Of a DNA stretch of 61,103 nt, positions 10,822 through 18,760 are shown in pieces (position 1 is the first letter of the stretch; every line of letters starts with the position of its first letter). The notes beneath the pieces are model-generated. The model did not search any database, was not told where the DNA came from, and saw only the letters and a program-made list of their open reading frames with translations. Source of the stretch: Candidatus Pacearchaeota archaeon (lineage in GTDB: Archaea > Nanobdellota > Nanobdellia > Pacearchaeales > GW2011-AR1); NCBI GenBank assembly GCA_016866995.1, contig VGKQ01000004.1, positions 1 through 61,103 on the forward strand, read 5' to 3'. A program made the position numbers and the translations under genes.

Positions 10822-11592
10822 TTATTCTTTAGCTATTTTCCACATAAGGTCAAAATACGACTTAAAACTCTCTGCTATTTTCCTATTTTTTATAGCAAAC
10901 ATTATAGGGAAAGGTTCATATATCCCTATGGAAACCTGATCTTTAGATGTTTGAAAAAGAGTTGGCAAATCCATTCCCCGAGGCATGTATTTAACTTGTG
11001 TGTTTTTGAATTTTTCTAAAAATAAGGTTTTTCTTCCAGTATAATTTTTAATTACTTTTTGGATTATTCCTTTCTTTGCTCTTCTGCTGTTATAATCTTT
11101 AAAGTAGCCAGTTAAAGAAGGATTCATTAAAGGAGGTGAGCCTACTATGTAAATTATTTCCCCCTTACCTAAATTATTTAGAGTTGATTCTTGCAGTGTT
11201 TTTATTCCTTTAACCCCTTCAAATACATTTATCTCATATGGTTTTTTTGATGAATACTTTATCTTGCTAAGCTCTTTCATAGCATCTTTAACTTCTGTCT
11301 CTGCTTTTAGCATATCTTTAATTTTATCACTATAAGTTTTTAGTAGAATTTCAGGGTCTGCAGCCATAAAATGTTTTTTATTTGCGGAAATAGTATAAGA
11401 AATAAAACCCTTTGTAGTTAGGCTATCAAGTATCTGATATATTTTTGAAGAAGGAATTCCTGTTTTTTTAATAATCTGCCCAGTTGTAGTGGGTCCTAAT
11501 TGTATTAGAGCATTATATACATAAATTTCCTTTGTACTTAATCCCAAATATGCCAATGGATGAAATATTTTATCTTTAATGAACTCTTCCAT
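10822..11592 (-). CDS. TrmB-family transcriptional regulator
   Basis: N-terminal wHTH YVYNALIQLGPTTTGQIIKKTGIPSSKIYQILDSLTTKGFISY, followed by a C-terminal sensor-like domain. Confidence 0.8.
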   Translation of the reverse strand: MEEFIKDKIFHPLAYLGLSTKEIYVYNALIQLGPTTTGQIIKKTGIPSSKIYQILDSLTTKGFISYTISANKKHFMAADPEILLKTYSDKIKDMLKAETEVKDAMKELSKIKYSSKKPYEINVFEGVKGIKTLQESTLNNLGKGEIIYIVGSPPLMNPSLTGYFKDYNSRRAKKGIIQKVIKNYTGRKTLFLEKFKNTQVKYMPRGMDLPTLFQTSKDQVSIGIYEPFPIMFAIKNRKIAESFKSYFDLMWKIAKE

Positions 11593-11631
11593 AGAAATAT
11601 ATCTCTTTAATACTTAAAAATCTTTCGATTA

Positions 11632-11651
11632 TACTACTCCTAAAAGTAGTA
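11632..11651. promoter_or_regulatory. palindrome TACTACT-N6-AGTAGTA in a divergent promoter region
   Basis: Perfect 7-bp arms located between the TrmB-like gene and the radical-SAM operon. Candidate operator. Confidence 0.3.
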
Positions 11652-11686
11652 GGGTAATAATATATGCGGACTTTCCATTTCAGGTT

Positions 11687-12970
11687 ATGGAAAAGAAAAC
11701 ATTTAACACAGGAGAAAGACAATATAGAAGGGTATATGAACCTCTTTTGCCAGAATACTATCCAATAAAACTAATTGGAGCATTCATATCTTTAGATTTT
11801 ATTGTTGGGTGTGCTTTTAATTGTAGTTTTTGCATTTCTAAAAGGCATCCTTCAAGAAAGGAGTTATTTGAAAGAGGATTAGTTATTGATAATCGAGTAG
11901 CTCCTGAAAAGATGTATCATTGGCTCAAATCTTTACCCTCATATCAAGCAGGAGTTCAGATAAGAATAGGACATGATACAGATGCAGGATTAGAGTTTGA
12001 AAAAAGCTCGCAGTTAATTGATCTTATAGATAATGAGCATTCTATCACCTATTTAACAAGAAAACCTTTAAATGAAAACGAAAGAGATTTTTTCGCTAAA
12101 TATAGAAGCAATCTTCTACTAAAACTTACTACAACTCCAAGAAGTAAATCTTTGAGTATAACTCGAGACCCTTTAGATTTAGTTCATTCAGCAGAACCAA
12201 TTGATAATAAAATGTTATACTGGGTAGTTGGACCTTTAGTAAATGACAATCAAGAGGACACTGAAAGAATTTTAAAGACTCTTCCTAAGGGCAGTAGATT
12301 GTTTCTTAAAAATTTAAATTATTATGGATTACCACATTTGGATCAAGTTAAACCTTTAGCAGAACAAGACTATAAAAGATTTGAGCAAGTTGCTTTAGAC
12401 CAAGGACATATTGTAACAGAATGGTTTTGTGATAGTTTAGCACGGGTTAATAAGGGATTTTTTGATGTTGATAAAATTGAGCAACAACCAGATTCACCAA
12501 AAAAAGAAAGAGAAATAGCATATTGCAAATCTTGTTCAAGTTATCCTATTTGTTACACTCCTCTAGACGTTAAAGGATTTAGAGACCAATTAGATAAACA
12601 TTTAGAATTTTTAGGACTTCATCTTATAGATGAGCCAAGAAGAACTGGAAATCGTTCTTTTGAAATTAAAGTAGCAGAACCCAGTTCAAGAGGAGAGGAA
12701 ACTTATCTTAATCATGTTATTAATCCCCCAGTTAGTATTAATATTAATACAAGAGAGCAAGGAAGAAGTCAAGGAGGAAGTTTCTGCAATATAGATGGAG
12801 AAGTCCTAAAAAGATGGTATCAAAATGGTTTTTTTCCAGTTACAGAATTGAATAATGTTGCTGAAAATGTTCTTGATGATATAAGGCGAATATTTGGAAA
12901 AAGAGGATATATTCCTAAGACATTTTCTGATAATGGGGGTTTAGCATTAGAATGTAAAAAATGCAAATAA
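11687..12970 (+). CDS. radical SAM domain protein
   Basis: CX3CX2C motif (CAFNCSFC) near the N-terminus. 427 aa. First gene of a tightly packed three-gene operon. Confidence 0.8.
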   Translation: MEKKTFNTGERQYRRVYEPLLPEYYPIKLIGAFISLDFIVGCAFNCSFCISKRHPSRKELFERGLVIDNRVAPEKMYHWLKSLPSYQAGVQIRIGHDTDAGLEFEKSSQLIDLIDNEHSITYLTRKPLNENERDFFAKYRSNLLLKLTTTPRSKSLSITRDPLDLVHSAEPIDNKMLYWVVGPLVNDNQEDTERILKTLPKGSRLFLKNLNYYGLPHLDQVKPLAEQDYKRFEQVALDQGHIVTEWFCDSLARVNKGFFDVDKIEQQPDSPKKEREIAYCKSCSSYPICYTPLDVKGFRDQLDKHLEFLGLHLIDEPRRTGNRSFEIKVAEPSSRGEETYLNHVINPPVSININTREQGRSQGGSFCNIDGEVLKRWYQNGFFPVTELNNVAENVLDDIRRIFGKRGYIPKTFSDNGGLALECKKCK

Positions 12971-13617
12971 ACAAAATGAGAATAATACAGCATAGTTACC
13001 GACTAAAATTTCAACAAACTGAAGAATTGATTGAAATACTATCTAAAGAAGATAGAATCAGAAAATACTTAGAAGCCCTACAAAATCATAGCCCCCATAC
13101 TCTTGAACATAGCTATAGGGTTGGATTATTATGTGTCGATCTGGGGCTTGAAAATGGATTTCAAGGAAGGGAGATAAAATTATTAGGTTATGGGGGATTA
13201 CTTCACGATATTGGAAAAGTATATATCCCCTCAAAAATATTAGATAAAAATTCTTTTCTGACTTCTTTTGAAAGAGAATTAATAAACGGACATACTAGAT
13301 TAGGAGCAGAAGCAGTGGAAGAGTTTGAAGATGATTTAATGAGGATAATTGTTGGGCACCATGAATATCAAATAAATCCTTACCCTCGAAAAGGAAATGA
13401 GAGAAGAAATGCTAAAAGAAAGGAAGTGATTGAAAGAAGAGAAAATAACCACTTAGTTGAAACTTTAACTCAGATATTAGCAGCCTCAGATTTTTATGAT
13501 GCTCTAAGAAGTGAAAGGGCATATCAATCTTCAAAAGAAAAAGAAGAGGCTGAAAGGATTATGTTAACTAAGTATACTGGAAATCATAACTATGTAAATC
13601 AATTACTTATGAGATAA
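12961..13617 (+). CDS. HD-domain phosphohydrolase (HD-GYP-like)
   Basis: Motifs HSYRV..., GLLHDIGK and GHHEY. The start overlaps the upstream stop by 10 nt. Confidence 0.75.
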   Translation: MQINKMRIIQHSYRLKFQQTEELIEILSKEDRIRKYLEALQNHSPHTLEHSYRVGLLCVDLGLENGFQGREIKLLGYGGLLHDIGKVYIPSKILDKNSFLTSFERELINGHTRLGAEAVEEFEDDLMRIIVGHHEYQINPYPRKGNERRNAKRKEVIERRENNHLVETLTQILAASDFYDALRSERAYQSSKEKEEAERIMLTKYTGNHNYVNQLLMR

Positions 13618-13619
13618 AA

Positions 13620-14375
13620 ATGAAAATTCAAATAGATCCCCATGAATTACAAAGACAAGTTGAAATGGCTTTTTTACTTGAGGTTACAATACCAAAAAAG
13701 GAATGCACTTCTAGATTTAGAGATATAGGGCCTAAACAAAAATTTGAATATTTCTTAATCTCTGCAATAAACTCTGGAAAGTATTTTTTTGAATTGGGGG
13801 AGAGAATCAACATAACACAAGGACAACCAGATGTATTTTATGATTTGGCTTATCGAGCTTTAATTGACAGCCAAAAATCTAGAGGAGGAAAGATAGTAAA
13901 TTATGGATTGCTTGAGGCTATGTTTCCTGTTATTGTTTCGAGATGCTTATTTGATGGAAATGGTTTGGAAGTTTTGAAGGCTGTTCCGAATGTTCTAAAG
14001 GATACATCAAATGAAGATGTTAGATATGTGGCAGAAATGAGAAAAAAGATTTATTTAGCAAGCAATAAGCAATTCAAAAGAGATTTTCCCTTTCATACCT
14101 TTGGAGATAATGTTTTTGAGCATTATGATTATCACAAAAAAGTAGCTCATGAAGCATCAAGATTATTTGTTAGCGAACTAACTGATGGTATGCCTTTAAC
14201 AAGAAAAATGTATCAATTATTAACGACAGACAAAGGAGATTTGACAGAAAGATTAAATGAAGGATTTAATCAAGCGAGAAATCTGTCTGGACTTCCGTAT
14301 GGAGCACTAGCAGATTTTTCTGCAGCAGCTCTTTTTCTTTTAATTTCTGAGGATCCCAACTCTTCTATATTTTAA
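13620..14375 (+). CDS. hypothetical protein, weak resemblance to the CitG/MdcB triphosphoribosyl-dephospho-CoA synthase family
   Basis: 251-aa ORF starting 2 nt after the HD gene stop. The C-terminal GALADFSAAALFLLIS and the GGKIVNYGLLEAMFP segment recall CitG motifs, from memory only. Confidence 0.4.
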   Translation: MKIQIDPHELQRQVEMAFLLEVTIPKKECTSRFRDIGPKQKFEYFLISAINSGKYFFELGERINITQGQPDVFYDLAYRALIDSQKSRGGKIVNYGLLEAMFPVIVSRCLFDGNGLEVLKAVPNVLKDTSNEDVRYVAEMRKKIYLASNKQFKRDFPFHTFGDNVFEHYDYHKKVAHEASRLFVSELTDGMPLTRKMYQLLTTDKGDLTERLNEGFNQARNLSGLPYGALADFSAAALFLLISEDPNSSIF

Positions 14376-14449
14376 TTTATTTTCTTTCAGTTAAACGCTC
14401 CCAAAAACAATAAGTTCGGTGCTCCCCGAACCTCTGCGTCGATAGAGTT

Positions 14450-14471
14450 TTGAGGATTTAATTTTAATGAT
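14450..14471. repeat. 22-nt exact direct repeat, copy 2
   Basis: Identical to 10058-10079. Confidence 0.85.
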
Positions 14472-14487
14472 TTATGCCCCCAAAAAG

Positions 14488-14542
14488 TTTTCACTTTTGA
14501 ATATAAAATTTAAGATAGTAAAGTGAAAACTTTTTCCACGAG
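14488..14542. repeat. 55-nt hairpin-containing repeat, copy 1
   Basis: TTTTCACTTT-N22-AAAGTGAAAA plus a tail. It matches 16126-16180 with one mismatch. Confidence 0.85.
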
Positions 14543-14706
14543 ATTATTAACCTTAGGTTAAGGTTCTCACGAGATTTCAAAAGGGTTTGTCGACGATAAG
14601 GTTTTTCCATCAAAAAAGTTGGGTGTTAGAAGTGGTTTTTTAATATTTTTGATTAGTTCAACGCTCCCCGGAATTTCCTAAACTTAAGTGGGAATTTTAG
14701 AAAAAC

Positions 14707-15969
14707 CTATTCTAGAAGCCATTTCCAAAGGGGAATAAATCTTATAGTTGCTTTATCACCAAACCACTCCGCTTTCTCTTCTTTTTCAATATCTTCAGTT
14801 ATAATCAAAAGATTATTACATTTTAATTCTTTACCTGCTTTAATTAATGCCCGTATTTCTCTATCTTTGGTTTTCAAATCATTTACATTAAAGCAGACTT
14901 GTATTAATTGCTTAACTTTCAGCCCTTGTTTTATTACAAAATCAACTTCTTCTTGTTGCGGATTTTTCCAATAATAGATTCTTATATCATTGTCCAATTC
15001 TCTTCTCTTTAATTCTATTGCAACAGCATTTTCATATAACCTTCCAAAATCAGGGCTTGATTTAAATGCATTTGCATGAATAAATCCATTATCTATACAA
15101 TAAATCTTTTTATTCGAAGTTATTTGTTCTTTAACTTTGTAAGAAAATTTACTTAGGCTAAAAAAAATAAATGCTTCTTCAAGATAGCCAAAATATTTTT
15201 TAGTAGTATGAACACTATTTATTTTTGTCATCTTAGATAAATTATTATAAGAATATTCATTTGCAATATTTGACATAAGATAAAATGCTAAATTTTCAAT
15301 TCTTTGCGGAAATCTTATCTTATATCTTTTTACTATATCTTTATAGACTATTGAATTAAAAAGAATTGTTAAGTAATCTTTGTAATCCATTTTCCTTATC
15401 AAGGGTTCTGGATAACCTCCATAAATAATATAATTATAAAGTTTTTCTTTTATTTGATGAGATGTTAATTCTTTTTTTTCTATCTCTAGGTATTCTTTAA
15501 AAGAAAATGGAAAAATCGTAATTAAAAAATATCTTCCAGTTAGGTGAGTTGCAAGTTCTTTACTTAGCAATTTAGAATTACTCCCCGTAACAATTAGGTT
15601 TAGATTTCTTCTATGAAGCCTATTTAGAAACAGTTCCCATTTAGGAAGGTTTTGAATTTCGTCAAATAAAACAAACTCAGGATTCTTGTAAACCGTGTTC
15701 ATTGCTTCAACAATTATATCATAATCTTTTACTCCCACTAGTTTTTCGTCATCAAAATTTACATATCCAAAATTTCCTTTTTTGTTTAAGAAGTGCAAAG
15801 CAAAGAAAGATTTTCCAGCTCTTCTTGGTCCAATTATTACTTTTATTAATGGGGCTTCCAACTTCTTCAAATTCGTAGTTCTCTCTACATAATGTTCTTT
15901 AAGTTTTTTATCCAAGTCTTGTTTCTGAGCTATAAGTATTTCTTTAACCATTTTATTCAAGATGCACAA
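14707..15969 (-). CDS. AAA-type ATPase (COG1373/DUF4143-like)
   Basis: Walker A GPRRAGKS and Walker B-like VLFDEIQ. 420 aa, with architecture typical of archaeal DUF4143 ATPases. Confidence 0.8.
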   Translation of the reverse strand: MCILNKMVKEILIAQKQDLDKKLKEHYVERTTNLKKLEAPLIKVIIGPRRAGKSFFALHFLNKKGNFGYVNFDDEKLVGVKDYDIIVEAMNTVYKNPEFVLFDEIQNLPKWELFLNRLHRRNLNLIVTGSNSKLLSKELATHLTGRYFLITIFPFSFKEYLEIEKKELTSHQIKEKLYNYIIYGGYPEPLIRKMDYKDYLTILFNSIVYKDIVKRYKIRFPQRIENLAFYLMSNIANEYSYNNLSKMTKINSVHTTKKYFGYLEEAFIFFSLSKFSYKVKEQITSNKKIYCIDNGFIHANAFKSSPDFGRLYENAVAIELKRRELDNDIRIYYWKNPQQEEVDFVIKQGLKVKQLIQVCFNVNDLKTKDREIRALIKAGKELKCNNLLIITEDIEKEEKAEWFGDKATIRFIPLWKWLLE

Positions 15970-16125
15970 AAGTATTTAAATTTATGCATTATGAGATAAT
16001 TAATACCAATACTCACGATAAGTTAACCTAAAGTACGAGGAACCCACGAGATAATTAACATAAGGTTAATAATCTCACGCTAAAATTAAGATTTTACCGA
16101 CGATAAAATGAACGCCCCAGGACAC

Positions 16126-16180
16126 TTTTCACTTTTGAATATAAAATTTAAGATAGTAAAGTGAAAACTTTTTCCATGAG
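16126..16180. repeat. 55-nt hairpin-containing repeat, copy 2
   Basis: Same orientation as copy 1, on the other side of the ATPase gene. Confidence 0.85.
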
Positions 16181-16250
16181 AGTTATTGCCATTCTGACTA
16201 AAAACAGGACGGCGAAAGAAAGCATTATATGTGATATTATTTTATTTATA

Positions 16251-16619
16251 TTAACTAAAACTCATCCAGAGCAACCATGCTCCTAAAAGAAGCATGAAAA
16301 TTGTGCTGAGTGCCTGCTTCTTTTTGAATCTCTGTGCCTGCTTATGAATCTGTTCTGGAAATCCAACTTTTAAAATTCCTTTAATTAGAGTAGACCAGCC
16401 GAGAAGAGTAATAACTATTCTCCAATCCAAAACCCAAATATTATGCAAAATTACAGTAACTAATCCCATGAGAAGGGTTATGTACCCGGTTGATATAACA
16501 AATGCTTTATTATCAGTCATCTCTATTGTTTTGCCTAATTGCCTTGTTATGATAAATAACAAACCAAAAATTAGAAAGAAACTGCCTAAAAATCTTGCGA
16601 AAAATATTGAAATTTCCAT
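16251..16619 (-). CDS. small integral membrane protein
   Basis: 122 aa with four predicted hydrophobic helices. Confidence 0.6.
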   Translation of the reverse strand: MEISIFFARFLGSFFLIFGLLFIITRQLGKTIEMTDNKAFVISTGYITLLMGLVTVILHNIWVLDWRIVITLLGWSTLIKGILKVGFPEQIHKQAQRFKKKQALSTIFMLLLGAWLLWMSFS

Positions 16620-16793
16620 AGTTTTCCTCTTTTAGTAAATAATAAAATTAATGTTTATAAATTTTAGTATTAAGATTTTAAATCTGAATTTTTCAGAAAT
16701 CCCTGTTTATAGTCAAGAATATAAAGTGCTCCCACGAGACCCAATCCCAAAAGGATAAATTTGAGGGACACTCCGAAGTATAAGTATAATATG

Positions 16794-17294
16794 TTACAAC
16801 TTTTTATAATTATATAGTAAATCTAACTTATCTGGAAGGTTATCTATTCCTCCAAATTCCTTTATAGCTAAAGATTTAATTCTTTTTTTTATCTCGGGTT
16901 TAACATTAGTAATTGTCATTTCTTTAATTCCTCCGATACTTTCACAATCATCTTCAATTAAGATATCCGGCATAATTCTTTCTGCCACATCTTTATAATC
17001 TTCATTTGTTTTTCTAAACAATAATTCGCCTTCTGGAAAATAATATTTTTTAAGAACTTTTTTAATCTGGGCAATTTCGGTTTTAGATTTTCTTGAAGTT
17101 AAATAAAATACTTTTGCGCCTTGTTTTTTCCAAGATTCTAATTTTTTAACAGAATTTCCTATTGGAATATAATTAGAATAATCTTTGACAGATGCCTCTT
17201 GATTTTCTACTTGTTTAACAATCTCTTCTCTTTTCAAACCAACGCCTGCTTTGTGCATCAAAATTGTTCCTTCCGTAAAAATGATTATTTTCAT
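16794..17294 (-). CDS. hypothetical protein, HAD-like layout with a degenerate Asp motif
   Basis: YLTSR and LIEDD resemble HAD motifs II and IV. The N-terminal IFTEGT lacks the DxD nucleophile. Confidence 0.45.
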   Translation of the reverse strand: MKIIIFTEGTILMHKAGVGLKREEIVKQVENQEASVKDYSNYIPIGNSVKKLESWKKQGAKVFYLTSRKSKTEIAQIKKVLKKYYFPEGELLFRKTNEDYKDVAERIMPDILIEDDCESIGGIKEMTITNVKPEIKKRIKSLAIKEFGGIDNLPDKLDLLYNYKKL

Positions 17295-17390
17295 ATTATC
17301 TTAAGGATTATGTTATTTTTAAACTTCAATATTTCACAGGGACTGTGCCTCCTTTTTCCAAAAAACCTTTTATCGTCGGTGATGAAAATA

Positions 17391-17528
17391 CGCCCCCACG
17401 AGGAATTGCACCTCGGTCTCAACCTGTTCGCGAGGCTCTACTCGGACTTGCACTCGTTAATACGAGTTAGTTTGTCTCGTGCAAGCCCTCGCCGCAAGGT
17501 CGCATTCTGTCTGCTGAACTATGGGAGC
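17391..17528 (-). tRNA. tRNA-Arg (anticodon GCG) with a 66-nt intron at 37/38
   Basis: Acceptor GCTCCCA/TGGGGGC, D stem GTTC/GAAT, anticodon stem CGACC/GGTTG, loop TTGCGG|intron|A, T stem CGAGG/CCTCG. The intron forms helices CGAGG/CCTCG and CTTGCAC/GTGCAAG. The D loop lacks GG and the T loop reads TGCAATT. Confidence 0.7.
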
Positions 17529-17685
17529 TTTTAATTAGCAGATTATTACAATATATAACTTTTACCTTTATTAATACCGCAAATATTAATTCTATTATTA
17601 ACCTTCAATTACAAGGATTAAGTAAAATTTATTACAGCATTAGTTAAAATAATAAGGTTAAGTTGTAAGCTAACAGCAGAAAAAA

Positions 17686-18180
17686 TTATTTCCAGACTGT
17701 TCTTTCAATTTCTTTTTTTTCTGTTGTTACAGGGTAGATTAATTCTGACAGCTCATCTGGAGTGAACCATAACTTAATCTCCTTTTCTGCTGTTTCCTCG
17801 CTGTCTGAGGCATGAATAACATTTTCAAAAACTCCTGTCTTGCTGTTAAATCTGCCGTATTTTCCCTGAATTGAGATTGGATTTGCTTCTTCTGGGTTTG
17901 TTTTTCCTACAATCTCCCGAATTTTTCTGATTGCATCTTCTCCATGATAAACCATTGCAAAAACTCTGTCTGTATGCCATCTTCCCATAATATAATTTAC
18001 AGTATTCTCGTAAACCTGCGTGCCTTTTTCTGTTCCTTTTTTGGCTATCTGCTCTTCTTTTAATTTAGAATAATGTTTTTCTGCCAGCTCTTTGTTGACT
18101 TTTAGAACTCTTGCACCTACAATCTTAAGTTTTGTTTCTGACAAGACAGAAATTATATTTCCTGTCAGGCTTTTTATCAA
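17686..18180 (-). CDS. ndk: nucleoside diphosphate kinase
   Basis: Active-site motif NVIHASDS. The conserved N-terminal IIKPDG motif is encoded in frame upstream of the listed TTG start (open frame to 18255), with no ATG, GTG or TTG there. Confidence 0.8.
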   Translation of the reverse strand: MIKSLTGNIISVLSETKLKIVGARVLKVNKELAEKHYSKLKEEQIAKKGTEKGTQVYENTVNYIMGRWHTDRVFAMVYHGEDAIRKIREIVGKTNPEEANPISIQGKYGRFNSKTGVFENVIHASDSEETAEKEIKLWFTPDELSELIYPVTTEKKEIERTVWK

Positions 18181-18760
18181 GCCATCAGGCTTGATTATGA
18201 TTAAACATTGCTGGATTTTATTTTCTGCTATAATTGATATCTTAAGGATTGGTTTTTAAAGATTACTGTTAATATGAATTGTTAAGTTAGAAGCTGTTTT
18301 ATTTTAGTTTAATAAGTAATATTTATTTAAAAGTCTAAATAAAAAATTCTATTATTTGAAGAAAAAAACCCATACATACTAAGATAATCCAAACTAAAAC
18401 ACGTATTTCTTTAGCAGTTAATTTTATTTTTACAATTCTATCATTTATATCATATTCATACACTCCTTTAATAAAAAAATAATAGATTTTAGGACGTATA
18501 CAGCCTCGGAAATAGTCTCAAAAATAACCGCAAACGCACCAATAAAGTTTAATATTAGCCCAATTAAATTTAAAATTATTTTTTCTTTTAAGATAATATT
18601 AATTTATATATTTTTGTTTTATTATAAAGGTTAATATCTGCAAAAATTAATTTTTTATCAATTAAATATCATAAAACAGATTAAATTTACTTATGATATT
18701 TTTTCCGAAAGATATTTAAACATCATTTTTTTTAATTTTTAGTAGTAAAAAGAGGGCAAA

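Noticed and set aside
17391-17528. Possible stray attC-like site or novel ncRNA (contains CTCAAC ... GTTAGTT and long hairpins).
   Set aside because: A full tRNA cloverleaf with the intron at 37/38 explains the conserved stems. GTTAGTT lies inside the intron helix region.
17199-17534. 111-aa plus-strand ORF covering a GC-rich patch.
   Set aside because: The GC-rich part folds into a minus-strand intron-containing tRNA-Arg cloverleaf. The ORF has no coding features and is a by-product of the structured RNA gene.
18300-18760. Possible small hydrophobic ORF or RNA in the long AT-rich spacer upstream of the 1940-aa gene.
   Set aside because: No start codon in the only hydrophobic frame, no conserved structure and no repeats were detected. 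It is treated as promoter or leader DNA.
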